DNA of 64,000 nt from Blastocladiella emersonii ATCC 22665 (Eukaryota; Fungi; Blastocladiomycota). The notes beneath the pieces are model-generated. The model ran no database searches, was not told where the DNA came from, and saw nothing but the letters and a program-made list of their open reading frames with translations. How positions within the stretch are numbered: position 1 is the stretch's first letter; the number at the start of each line of letters is the position of its first letter. Location: positions 4,526,001 through 4,590,000 of the forward strand of contig JANHCV010000001.1 of the NCBI GenBank assembly GCA_025594325.1. The letters are read 5' to 3'. Both the position numbers and the translations under genes were made by a program. Below are positions 45,881 through 57,110 of the stretch, piece after piece.

Positions 45881-48800
45881 CTACATGATCGAGCAGTCGT
45901 CGCGCACCACGGCCTTGCGCGACGCGACGCCGCCGTCCTGCTGCTGCGATTGTGGCGGCACCTTGTGCTGGTGCTGGTGGTGGTGTCGGTCCAGCTCGTC
46001 GTGCGACACGGACAGCCGTTTCCGCCACGACGGGTGCGGCGGCGCGGGCGGCGTTCCGGTCCCGCTCCCCGTCTGCAGCCGCAGCTGATGCCTTGGACTC
46101 GCCCCGCGCGCCGTCGACGCGGGCGTGTTGCGTGGCGCGCCGGGGGTCACGGGCGACGGTGCCGCGGGCGTGGCGGGCGAGGTCAGAGTGTCGGTACCGC
46201 CGGGCGCGCTCGTGTTGACGATGTTGGACAGCGGCGCGCGCTGTTTCCGCGGGCGCGAGGTGGCGGCGACGGTCGCGGGCCCAGCGCTAGCGAGGCTGCC
46301 CGCGCTACTGCCGCCGCTGCCGGATCCGCGACCTGAAGCGAGGAAGGCGATGGGCTGCGGGAGGTCGAGTGTGGCCATCGAGTACTTGAGCGTCTACACC
46401 GCGTCGAGAGTTAGTATTCGCGTCGAGGGAGATTCCGCAAGCCATGGCCGCCGTACCGAGACATTGCACACCAACCTCGCCGCAGTCTCGCCGGTCGCGC
46501 ACGCCTTGCACACGACGGCGCAGCACATGCCGCACACGCGGCCCTTGCGGACGAGCTGCGCGCACTGCCGGCACTGCATCACGTCCGCGAAGCTCGCCTT
46601 GACCCACCGGTGCGCGAGCGACCCGCCCTTGCCAAGCGCCGCGGGGAGCTGCGGTGTCGGCGGCGCGTTGCCGGGGACGACAAAGGAGGGTTGCTGCGGC
46701 GTCGCATCGGCGGCGAGGTCGGGTGGGGCCGGGGTCAGGGAGCGGCGACAGCGCGACCCACCTGCGGCGGCGGTCTCGGAGTCGGACACTGCCCCGCGGT
46801 CATCATCATCTTTCGCCGCGGCAGCGACGCGGAGGTCGCGGTCATTGAACGACGCGCGGCGTGACGCGCGCCCGCTCCCACCACTCTTGTCACTACTCCC
46901 GCTGGACCCGAGCGACCCGGACCGCGACCGCGACCGCGACCGCGACCGGGATCGGGACGCGCGGCGGCCGAGATCGACGACGGCGTTGCGCACGCGGCCA
47001 ACGAGGTTGGGCAGGCTTCCGCTCCCGCTGCCGTTCGGCGACGTAGCGGACGCGGGGGCGGACTCGGCGCTCGCGGAGCCCTGCATCACGAGCGTGCGGC
47101 CGAGCGGGTCGGCGCGGTACGGGACGGGCGGGAACGCTGACGACGAGGAGGCGCGCGGGCCGGGCGACGGTTGGTGTGGCGGCGGGGTCGGGGTCGGGGA
47201 GAGCGGGAGCGCCGTGGACTGAGCGAGCTGCGGCGTCAGCGCGGCAGCGGGGGACACGGGCGAGGTGAGGGTCGTGACCCTTGGCGGGGCGGGCGCAGCG
47301 AGCTGGGTCGGGGGTGGCGGGGCGGGCCGCTTGGTCGTCGAAGGCGCCGAGGAGGGCGTGGACGGCGACGTGGCCGTGGTGGTGGGTCCGAGGAGCGGCG
47401 AGGTCGGGGAGTACCCGGCGGCGGCCGCGTCTCTTGGACCGGTGCCGCCGCCGCTAAGGGCGGAGACGGAGGCCGACGACGAGACGGACCCGCCGGCAGC
47501 AGCGGCCGCGGCGAGCGAGGGCGACGCCGCTGTTGCCGCGGACACCTGCTGCTGCGACGGCGACCCGCGCCGTGGCCGCGCGTACACGTTGTTGACGATC
47601 CACGGGTGGACGAGGAGCTGCGCCGCGGTCCACCGCTGGGCGGGGTCCTTGTGGAAGCAGCACATGAAGAAGTGGTGGAGCTCGGGCGAGATGTTGTCGG
47701 GGAGCGGCGGGCAGCCGTCCTCGACGATCTTGTAGAGGGCCGACATGGTCATGAGTTCAAAGTACGGCGGGAGCCCCGTGAGCAGCTCGATGATGGTGCA
47801 TGCGAGCGACCAGATGTCGGACGCGGTCGAGGGCCCGTCGAGCGTGATGACCTCGGGCGCCATCCAGTACGCGGTCCCGACAAACTTGTCGCTGTGCGAG
47901 TCGAAGGACGACTGCGACACGCCGAAATCGGACAGCTTGACGTTGCCGTCTTTCGTGGTCAGGATGTTGGCGGCCTTGAGGTCGAGGTGCTTGAGCCCGC
48001 GCTCGTGCAGGTACATGAGCCCCTGGAGCACCTTGACGACGATGGCGACGACGACGCGCTCGGGCAGCGGGCCGAAGTGCTTCAGGGTGCTCGCGAGCGA
48101 CCCGTTCTCGACGTACTCGAGGATGATGTTGAAGTCCGCGTCGGTCTGCACGTACCCGTAGTACCGCACCACGTTCGGGTGGTCGAGCGACTCCATCTTG
48201 CGCACCTCGCGCAGGATCGACGCCATCTGCTTGCGGTCCGTCAGGTCGAACCGCTTGATGGCCACCGTGTGGTGCGTCTCCATGTGGATCGCGCGGAACA
48301 CGGCGCCGAAGTTGCCGCGCCCGATGCAGTTGCCCACAATGTACTGGTCGAGCGGCTGCCCGTCGGCGCCCACGCGCGTTAGCAGGTACGACACGGCGTT
48401 GGCGTTGGCGGCGGTGCTGGCGGGCGACGTCGGCGAGGCCGTCGTGGCCGCAGGCGGGTGCCCGGCGGACAGCAGCGACGAGTTGGAGATATTCTGGCTA
48501 TCCTGTCGCCGCGCGGCCGCGAGGACGGGCGCGGACCCGCCGATCGGGTTCCGCCGCTGCCGCGCGCTTGTCGGCTGGTCGGTGCCCGAGACGCTGCTGG
48601 CGGCCGACGACTCGTGGCTCGGCATGGACGAGTGCTCGGACGACCCCGCGACCGAGCTCGCGCCGGTGGCCTTACCGGCAGGCGTCGCAGCACCGCTGGC
48701 GGGCGCCGAGTTCCCCGCGCTGGGCGGACAGCTCGAGCTGCGCCCCGCCGACGACTGCCTGCGGCGCGGGACGGCGGAGATGGGCGACTTGGTGCCGATG

Positions 48801-49405
48801 CGGTCCGTGTCGGGGTCCGAGTCGCGGCGGAACACGCTGACGGGGAACGGATGGGTTGTCGCGGGTGCGGGTTCTGGTGGCGGTGGGCCGAATGGCGAAT
48901 CGGCGGGCGGAACCTCGGCGCTCGGTGTGGCGCGGCGCGTCGATGGCGGTGCGCTGGGCTGCGGCGGGGGCAGGGACCCGAGGTGCAGCCCGGCCGCCGC
49001 TGAGGACGACGAGACGGCGGGGCGCGGCGGCAGCGGTTTCATGGCGAGCACCGCGGCCGCCGCCGCGGACCGCGGGCGCGGCGGGACGGGGGACGCGGCG
49101 GTCGACGAGGCGAGCATCTCGAACTGCTTTCTTGCGGCCGAGACGGAGACGGGTGCGGGGTCGTCGCAGGCGTCCAGGGACATGGACAGCGCGGGCGACG
49201 CGGTGCGGCTGCGGTTTGGCGACGAGGAGGATCGGCCGGGCAGCGAGTCGTGCGAGACGGTGGTTGGTGGGGGAGGGGAGGGCGGAGCGGCAGCGTGCAT
49301 CAGCGGGAGGTGGTGCGCCGACCCGGTCGCGGGCCCGCTGCTGCTGGCGGTCGCCGTCGACACGGACGCGGACGTGTAGACGCCGGCGGGCGGATTCGGG
49401 GCCAT
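45881..49405 (-). CDS. Cdc15/SepH-like STE-group Ser/Thr kinase with a C1-like Cys-rich domain
   Basis: IGRGNFGAVF, VAIK, ENGSL, HLDLKAANIL, KLSDFGVS, VGTAYWMAPE, SDIWSLACT, EDGCPPLP. C1-like module at 46466-46612. An intron GTACGG..TGTAG links to ORF 45881..46378. Confidence 0.9.
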
Positions 49406-50452
49406 GGCGGCAGCGGGGGCGGGAGAGCCCGCGGCAGAGGCCTCGGGGGCGACGATCGTGGCAATGGCGGCGATGGCCGCGGCGAGTGGTGCGGCGGCGA
49501 CGACGGCCGAGATGACGAGGCGAGGAGCGGGCGACCTGACCTGGAGGAGCGCGCGAACGAGCGGGCGTGAGAAGCGAGTGTGGGAACGCGGGACATATCA
49601 GGCAAGCCAGCGAGGCGCGGAAGAGAACGTACGCGAAGGTGATGGCGATGGAGGCAACCGGTCGGCGGGCAGCGCGAGTTCGGAGGCGCGACCGCGGGTG
49701 CGGGTGCGCGCGTGTCCGTGGGCAGCCGGCGGCGCGCGCGGGGGAGCGGGGCAGCGTGGCCGGCGGACGCGGGGCGTGGAGCCAAGCGGTCTGCAGAGCC
49801 GGGGCTGGGCCAGCACCGCGCGCAAATCTAGCGGTAATTATAGGCGCCGCCGTGCTCTGCGGCGTTCCCACCACGCCCGGTGACGGCGACGGTGGTGGAT
49901 GGCGGATGACGAGCAGCGACGCGACAACGGCGGCGGCGGCGGTGTTCGGCGGCGGTGTTCGGCAAACGCGACGCGACGTGCTGCACGTCCGGCGTGACCG
50001 CGCTGCGCCTCTCCGCTCCGGGTTCGGCGATGGCAGGGCCGTGCGGCAGGGTCGCTCACCCCCGTGAACGTGATGGTCCCCGCTCGTCGGGTTCGGATGC
50101 GTGTGCGCGGGTCGATCGGGGTCCCCACAGCAGCAGCGGGGATGCGCGCGGGTCGGGCGGGCGGGCGGGCGTCAAAGATGCATGGGCTGGCGCGCGCGGT
50201 CGGCGGCCGTGTGGAGAGAGCGTTGACCGGCGGCTGCCTGCACCTGCAACGGTTCGGGCCTGCCTGCCTGGCGACTAATGAATTTGTTTGCAGGGGGGCT
50301 CCGATGAGAACCTTTTTTTCGCGCGCCCGTCACGTTGGCGACCATCGCGCGCGCGTGCGCCACCCTCGCGCGCGCGTCGTGTCTCCGTCGCTGTCTCGCA
50401 CGCATCGCCCGCGCTTCTCTCCTCCCCTCCTGGCCACTTCACGAAACCCAAC

Positions 50453-51130
50453 ATGGCACCGAATGCAAAGAGCGGCAGCAACCTGCGTAACCGCGGCGCC
50501 AACGGCGCGTCTGCCGCGTCCGCCAAGCCGACCGTTGTCGACGACATCTCCGAGGCGGACAAGCTGCGCTTCATCAAGGAGTCGGGTCTGATGGAGAAGA
50601 TCGCGTCGAGCGACGACCCGCGGTTCAAGGACCTGTCGCGCTCGACCGCCACCCCGGGCCTGTTCGCCGCGCCCACCACGCACGCGCAGGCGTTCACCGC
50701 GTCGCTCTTCTTCGTCCTCCCGCTCGCCGCGCTGTACGTGTGGTTCGAAGGCCTGGTGCACCAGCAGTACGGCGAGGACGTGCCCTTTGCGACCGTGGCC
50801 ACGGGCAAGCTGCCGACCGTGGTCCCCGCGCTGCTCGCCGTCGTGTTCCTCGTCCACCGCTGGGTCAACACCAACGTCGTCCAGTACGGCATGGCCATGG
50901 CGAGCGTCGGGCTCGGCGCGCGGATGCTGTACCTCGTCCTCGGACAGCATACTTACGGCGCGATGCTCGCGGTCCCCGGGCTCGCCGTCGTGTGGATCTA
51001 CTGCGTCGCGCAGATGCGCCTCCCGCTCGCGCTCGGGTCGCTCGCCCTCGTCTTCGCCTACACGCTCGCGTACCTCGTCGGCACCGCCGAGCCCGCGACA
51101 GAGTACCCGGACGTGAACATGCTGTTTTGA
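50453..51130 (+). CDS. Small conserved multi-TM fungal protein of unknown function
   Basis: ATG 50453. DDISEADKLRFIKESGL followed by 4-5 hydrophobic segments (LFFVLPLAALYVWFEGLVHQQY; PGLAVVWIYCVAQM). Confidence 0.75.
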   Translation: MAPNAKSGSNLRNRGANGASAASAKPTVVDDISEADKLRFIKESGLMEKIASSDDPRFKDLSRSTATPGLFAAPTTHAQAFTASLFFVLPLAALYVWFEGLVHQQYGEDVPFATVATGKLPTVVPALLAVVFLVHRWVNTNVVQYGMAMASVGLGARMLYLVLGQHTYGAMLAVPGLAVVWIYCVAQMRLPLALGSLALVFAYTLAYLVGTAEPATEYPDVNMLF

Positions 51131-51175
51131 TTAACTGAATGAATAACAAATGGATACCTCTACCTCCCCCACATC

Positions 51176-54076
51176 TCAAACCGCGCGACCGTGCACGAGC
51201 TGCGCCGGCGCGGCCGCCGCCGACTTGCCCGCGAGCCCGTACTGCGCGAGTAGCCGCTGCTTCATCTGCTGCCGCATCTGCTCAGACACGTTGCCCGCGC
51301 CCGCGCGCGACCGCGACAGCGGCACCTCGACGCGCACCGGGCTCAGCGCCGACTTGGGCACCGTCACCACGACCGACGTCACCTTGAGCGTCGGCGTCGA
51401 CCCGCGCCGCGCGAACGGCGCGGGCGCGGGCGCGGGCGCGGGAGCGGGGACGGGAGCCGGAGCAGGAGTCGAGTCGCGCTCGCTCTCGTCGTCCTCGTCC
51501 TCGGACGACAGCGCCATGGCCTCGCCGTCATCATCGTCGTCGATCTGGGCCACCGCGCGGGTCGGGACCGGGGTCGGCTGCACCGTAGCCACCGACGCGC
51601 GGCGCTCACCCGCACCTCCACCCGCAGCCGCGGGCGCAGCCGTCGACGCCGAGAAGAACGAGAAAAACTGCGGCCCGGTCGGCGGCGGCGCCGCGGTCTC
51701 CATGCCCGCGCCCGCGTTGACGGGCGGGACCCACGCGGGGATCGCGGGCCGCGCGCTGGCGGTGCCCGGGGCGGGGTGCGCCGTCGTCGCCGCCGTGGGC
51801 GGGTGGACCTGGACGATCTTGACGGCGGGGGCAGCCGCGGCCGGGGGAGGCGGCGGCGGGTGCGATGGGACCGCGACGGGCTTGGGCCGCGACTGCGGCG
51901 CCGGCGGCAGCGCGGGCGCGGGCATTGACGACGTCGGGCTCAGGATCGGCGTGCCCGTGCGCTTCGCGACGGGGGCCGGCTTGCGCTGTTGCTGCTGGAT
52001 GTGCAGCTTCGGAGGCTGATGGCGCGGCTTCGCCGGCACAGGCGGCGGCGGGGGCGGCAGCGGGCCTCGGTAAGAGCCGCGCGGGCCGCCGCCGCCGCGG
52101 CCGGTGTTGCCGTTGTTGCTGCTGCTGGTGTCCGTCATCTCGTTGTCGTCGTCGACGCTCGGGTCCGGCGCGCCGTACGTACGCAGCTGCGCAAACTGCT
52201 GCTGCTGCTGCTGCTGCTGGTGCGGGAACTTGCCGCCCTGCGGGCCTTGCGGGGGACGCTGCCGCCCGTACCCCTGCTTCGGCTCGCGCTCGCGCTCGCG
52301 GTCGCGCTCAAAGTCGCGCGGGCAGCCACGGTGCCAGTTGGTCCCGTGCTGGAAGCCGTCCGGGTAGTCGCGGTCGCGGTCGAACCGGCCCTGGTGCGCG
52401 CGATGGTTGTAGTTGTAGGGGTTGGTGTTGTTGCGGTGCTGCGGACCCTGCGGGCCCTTGCGCTGCTGGAACTGCTCGGGCGCGTTGCGCTGGTACCGCT
52501 CGGGGCGCGGGTGGCCGGGGACGACGGCAACGGCGGCCGGCTTGGCCTTCTCGGCGACCTCGGAGACCTCGGCGATCTCGCCCTCGCTCAGCGGCGAGCG
52601 CTTCGAGATGTCGTCCTGCACCGACGTCGTATCGGCAACCGCGGTCTGGGTGGCGACAGGGGGAGCAGCAGCGGCGGGACCGTCCTCGGTCTCCGACTCG
52701 TCGAGCTCCATGGGCGTGTCCTCCTCGTCAGCGGCAGCGACGGGAGCAGCAACCGCCGGTACGACGACAGCAGCGGGCTCGACGAGCTCGCCCTCCTCCT
52801 CTTCCTCGTCCGACGACGAGTCGTCGACAATCACGAGCTCGGCCGACTTGCCGCCCGACGTCGGGCACGGCTGCGGCTGCGGCTGCGCGTCGACGTCCAT
52901 GGCGCCCGCCGGCGGCGGGACGGTCGACGTAGCGAGCTGCATGAGCGCCGAGCCGACATCCGACTCGACGTCCTCGGACTCGGTAGTGGACCCGCGGTCG
53001 CGGTCCTGGTTGTCGTGGGGCCGGGCCGGCGATCGCTGGCCCGGCGATCGGTGTCGATGTCGGTGATGATTTCGGTCACGGCCGGGCATATCCACGCCGG
53101 CCGCCGACAGCGCCGACGGCGGCGGTAGCGGGTCGGCGGCGGCCTCGCCGCCGCCAGCCTCGGAGTCGAGGTCCGTCAGCGTCGGCGCGTGGTGGTCGTG
53201 GTCGCTCACGGTCGCCGGGTCCGAGAAGGCGACGCTGGTCGGCGTGACTACAGGTGGAGAGGGGGAGAATGTGAGTTGTTGGCGGTTCGTGGAGTGCGCG
53301 CACACAGCTGGATCCGTACCCGCCGCGTCCGAGAGCTCTGAGCCCGCGCGGTCGCGGTTACGGTCGCCGAGCACGTTGCCGCCGCCGTGCTGCGCGTCGA
53401 GCGGCGACGGCAGCGAGGGCGGCACACCCTCCTCGCCACCACCACCACCACCGCCGCCGTCGTCGCCGTGCGATCGGTCGGGCGGGTTCGCGCCCGGGTC
53501 GTCGACGGCCATCTCCTCATCGCCACCGCCGCCGCCGATCTCGCCGCCGTGCGCGTCGGCCAATCGACCACCGGTGGGCCCGCGCAGCGTCGACACGAGC
53601 GCGTTGACCGAGTGGACCATGGTCTGGGTGCGCGACGCGAGCGCAACCATCTCGGCGTGCGCCGCGAGAATGTCGGCGTTCATGCTCAGGACCTGCTCGA
53701 GGATCTCGTCGCGCTGCAGCTCTGACAGCGCCGCGGCGGCGCCCGGGTCGGCGATGCCCGACTCAGCGCCGCCACCACCGGTCCCGAGGCCGAGGCCGCC
53801 GGGCGACACGGTCGAGGACGGCGTCACCATACCCGACGCGATGACGGGCGAGACGGGACCGCCACTGGCCGCCGCCGTGGTGTCGACGCGGACCGCCGCA
53901 GCGACGATCGCTATATTAGCGGCTCCCGTTGGTTTTAGCGCTTGTGGTGATGGCGTTCGCCGTGGTGCTCGCGTCCTGGCCGCGGCCTCGTCGTCGTCGC
54001 AGGTCACGACGGCGGCGACAGCGGCGCGCTTGCCCGCGGCGCCGCGCGGGATCGAGGGGTGGGTCGGGGCGTGCAT
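51176..54076 (-). CDS. Hypothetical low-complexity protein (acidic, Q/N/G/R-rich and Pro-rich blocks)
   Basis: 966-codon ORF with coding-like codon use. Probable in-frame intron 53319-53248 (GTACGG..CTCAC..TGTAG) and a possible intron ending near 53911, so the start is uncertain. No family recognised. Confidence 0.6.
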   Translation of the reverse strand: MHAPTHPSIPRGAAGKRAAVAAVVTCDDDEAAARTRAPRRTPSPQALKPTGAANIAIVAAAVRVDTTAAASGGPVSPVIASGMVTPSSTVSPGGLGLGTGGGGAESGIADPGAAAALSELQRDEILEQVLSMNADILAAHAEMVALASRTQTMVHSVNALVSTLRGPTGGRLADAHGGEIGGGGGDEEMAVDDPGANPPDRSHGDDGGGGGGGGEEGVPPSLPSPLDAQHGGGNVLGDRNRDRAGSELSDAAGTDPAVCAHSTNRQQLTFSPSPPVVTPTSVAFSDPATVSDHDHHAPTLTDLDSEAGGGEAAADPLPPPSALSAAGVDMPGRDRNHHRHRHRSPGQRSPARPHDNQDRDRGSTTESEDVESDVGSALMQLATSTVPPPAGAMDVDAQPQPQPCPTSGGKSAELVIVDDSSSDEEEEEGELVEPAAVVVPAVAAPVAAADEEDTPMELDESETEDGPAAAAPPVATQTAVADTTSVQDDISKRSPLSEGEIAEVSEVAEKAKPAAVAVVPGHPRPERYQRNAPEQFQQRKGPQGPQHRNNTNPYNYNHRAHQGRFDRDRDYPDGFQHGTNWHRGCPRDFERDREREREPKQGYGRQRPPQGPQGGKFPHQQQQQQQQFAQLRTYGAPDPSVDDDNEMTDTSSSNNGNTGRGGGGPRGSYRGPLPPPPPPVPAKPRHQPPKLHIQQQQRKPAPVAKRTGTPILSPTSSMPAPALPPAPQSRPKPVAVPSHPPPPPPAAAAPAVKIVQVHPPTAATTAHPAPGTASARPAIPAWVPPVNAGAGMETAAPPPTGPQFFSFFSASTAAPAAAGGGAGERRASVATVQPTPVPTRAVAQIDDDDDGEAMALSSEDEDDESERDSTPAPAPVPAPAPAPAPAPFARRGSTPTLKVTSVVVTVPKSALSPVRVEVPLSRSRAGAGNVSEQMRQQMKQRLLAQYGLAGKSAAAAPAQLVHGRAV

Positions 54077-54303
54077 GGCGATGCAGCAAGTCTTCGAGGG
54101 TCGGCAATGGGCGCGGACTCGATGGGGGCTTCAGCGGAGGGGACGAAGCGGCGGGGCGTGGGAAGATCGCAGGAGTTGGGCATGGGCGGAGCGCACGTGA
54201 TGTCTCGCATGTCTCGCGCGGTGGTGGGCGGGTGCGGCGCAACGCGTCAAGCGGGTTTTAATTCTAGCGAGTCTAGCGAGTAATGAGGAAATCTTCTCGA
54301 ACA

Positions 54304-56725
54304 TTAGCGCGGGAGGCCGGCGCGCGACAGCCAACCCTCGGGGATCCCGGCTACACACGAGCGGAGGAAGCGTAAGTAACCTGCGAGCGACACACGACAA
54401 GGCTGAACGTACCAATGTTGCACAGCGCGGCAAACAGCCCCCACAGTCCCTCGCCCGCAATCAGCCCGGACGCGACCGTGAACATGAGGATCTCGTAGCT
54501 GCGCGGGCTGCGGCGCGCCCAGTAGCTCGACGCGACGGCGCCGACGAACGTGGCGAGCGCGAAATCCATGCGCGACGTGAGCATCGACACGCCGACCGCG
54601 TTCCAGTGCGGCAGCCACGCGTGGACCGCCTTGGGCAGGATCCACCGGCGCGCCGCGTTCGACGCGACCACCACGCCCGTCAGGATCCAGCACAGCGTCA
54701 CCGACGAGCTCGGGATCTGCGACAGCGCGCTCGCGTCGGTCATGGCCACCGCGAAGACTTTCCACGTGTTGGCGGCCGTCAACGTGAACCCGTGCTGCAG
54801 CATGCACACCTCGTCCTGCGCCGCGATGATGCACGGGTACGCCCGCACGTACAGGGCGAACAGCGCCGTGGTCAGCGGAGCCGCGGCGAGCGCGCCGATC
54901 AGCTGCGCGTGGAACTGCGGCATGATGGGCGTCTTGCAGATGCTCCCGAGCTTGTAGTCGCAGATCAGGTCGACGGCCTGCGACGACGTGCCCGTCGAGA
55001 TCATGGCCCCCGTCATGCTGTACACCTGGTGCCGCGCCTGCGAGGGGGCGGGCACCAGCGAGAAGACGCACTTGGTCACCTTGGCCAGCGTCCCCGTCGG
55101 GTTCATGTCCGTCGACCCCGCCGCCTGCGTCCCGACGTACGTCAGCACCACGCCCAGCGCCAGCGCCAGGTAAGCCGTGCTCAGCTCCATGCGGAACGTC
55201 GCTCGCGTCACGACTGCTGTCGCCATGAACGCCGTGAACCCGCCCACGATCAGCACGCGCACCGGGCGCTTGAACGGCGACGCGGGCGAGGGACCCGCTG
55301 CGGCTTGGCCGGCCTCGGCGTCGCCCGGCCTCACGCCCGCCTTACCACCCGCGGCCGCGGCGGCGGGGGCAGCGGGCGACCAGATCTGGGTGAGCAGGTT
55401 GAACGCGAGGTCGGTCATGGCGTTGACGACGAGCAGCGTGATCCCGGGCCACAGCAGCCAGTACGCGACGCCCGGGTCGAGCGGGTTCATCTTGGCCGGC
55501 GAGTGGAAGAAGCGGCGCGTCGGGTCCCACGGGTCCGGCACCCACTCGAGCTTCTCGACGACAAAGTGGCCGAGCAGGAACCACGACACGAACGACCCGT
55601 AGAAGAAGGACGACGCGCTGCGCATCCCCATCATCATGCCCGCGCCGAAGAAGGCGAACGAGACCGTGAAGAACAGGCTGAACCGCTCGAGCTGGAAGAA
55701 GAAACCCGTCAGGCCCGATTCCGGGTGCGGGCCGTACCGCGACGGCGAGCCCGCGAGCACCCAGAATACGTGGAACTCCTTGAGCACCGGCAGAGCGTGG
55801 CTCGCGAACAGGTAGAGGAACGAGCCGCCTACACGGTAGCGCTCGAGTCAGGTTTGATGGTCGTCAAGGTGAGAGGAACAGCGTACCGAGGCACATGAGC
55901 AGAACCCGCTGCTGTGCTTGGACGTTGGCGTTGGGCTGCGACGCGGCCGGCGTGACACCGAGCGCGTTGCGCTTGTCCTTGACGGGCTCGTCGGCGATCT
56001 CGGGCGGGATCCCGGCGGCCGATGACTCCGCGACGCCCTGGGCCGAGATCGTGGACGTGAGCGGGACCGCCTGGTCGTGCATCTGGAGCATGAGGTGGGC
56101 GGCGCCCGTCGACGACGGGAACGGGAGGTCGGAGCGCGCGAGGAAGTGCGGCGCCATGAACAGCGCGACCATGACGGCGAAACTCGCGAGGCAGATGCTC
56201 CAGACGCACAGCCGGAACATGTCGTTGGCGAAGTTGTTGTGGTCCAGCAGCCCGAGCTTGTACAGCGCCGGGATCCCGTTCACCCACCCGCTCATGGTCA
56301 GGTTCGACACGGCGCTCGAGACTGAGACGAGGATGCTAAGGGATGCGAGCGGGTCAGAGGGGAGCAAGCGGGTGAAGGCGGAGCGACGTACCAGTGCTCC
56401 TGCAGCGTGGTGCCGCGGCCGCTGCGGCTCAGGCCATCGACGAACCGGAGGAACGGGTAGCCGAGCACTAGACGCAGCCCAAGTCAGCGGCTTAACGATT
56501 ACTTGAGGCGTGGATGACACGTACAAACTGAGAAAAACGTCGAGCCAAAGCTACAAACGATGCGAGCGCGAGTTAGCCGGCTCGAGTACAAGCACTACTA
56601 CGCCAAGCGTACCCCCATCCCGTCTTGAGCCCGAGGTAGAGCCCGGATGCAGTCGGGATGACCCCGACCAGCAGGCCGAGAATGATGGCCCGCGCCGTGA
56701 GCGCGGGATGTGATGAGCGCGCCAT
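54304..56725 (-). CDS. Oligopeptide transporter OPT family (YSL-like clade)
   Basis: LTARAIILGLLVGV..GLYLGLKTGW; LPFPSSTGAAHL; STDMNPTGTLAKVTK; QAVDLICDYKLG..PQFHAQLIG; VASGLIAGEGLWG. Many TM segments, several introns. Confidence 0.9.
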
Positions 56726-57110
56726 GGTCGTCGCGGCCCAGTCTATTGCGTCTAGTTGATGCGTTGGTTGGTTCAGAAGAGCGAGCAAGGTCTTGGTGCA
56801 AGGGCGGCCCTGATCGCGTCCCAGACCCCAAAGCGACGCGTCCCGCGGGTGCGAGACACGCGGCTCGGGACGCGAGAGATATCACGCGAGGCTCACCTGA
56901 GCGGCGTCGCCCTGCGCAGCCCCGAAATTCGCAGTCGCGGAGGACCGCTTCACGCGCACCTTTCGCTCTATACAGTCCCCAACTGCTACGTAATCGACCC
57001 AAAACTTGCTGCAACCGACTTTTCGACGCATTCTTGACCGGCCTAACGCCATCTCCGACCGTAACTCGCCGGAACCCCCATCGCGCCACATCCAACGCGC
57101 GCGCACCACC

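Noticed and set aside
46915-46960. Short tandem repeats (GACCGC)n, also (GGGCGC)n near 51415 and poly-CAG tracts
   Set aside because: They encode low-complexity SR, PA and polyQ protein segments; they are not CRISPR arrays or satellites (no unique spacers, in frame).
51150-51290. Cys-rich 'CTSC..CASSRCFICCRIC' in ORF 51150..52019 (+) resembling a zinc finger
   Set aside because: It is the antisense reading of the Gln/Ala-rich C-terminus of the minus-strand gene (CAG/GCA codons read as TGC/CTG).
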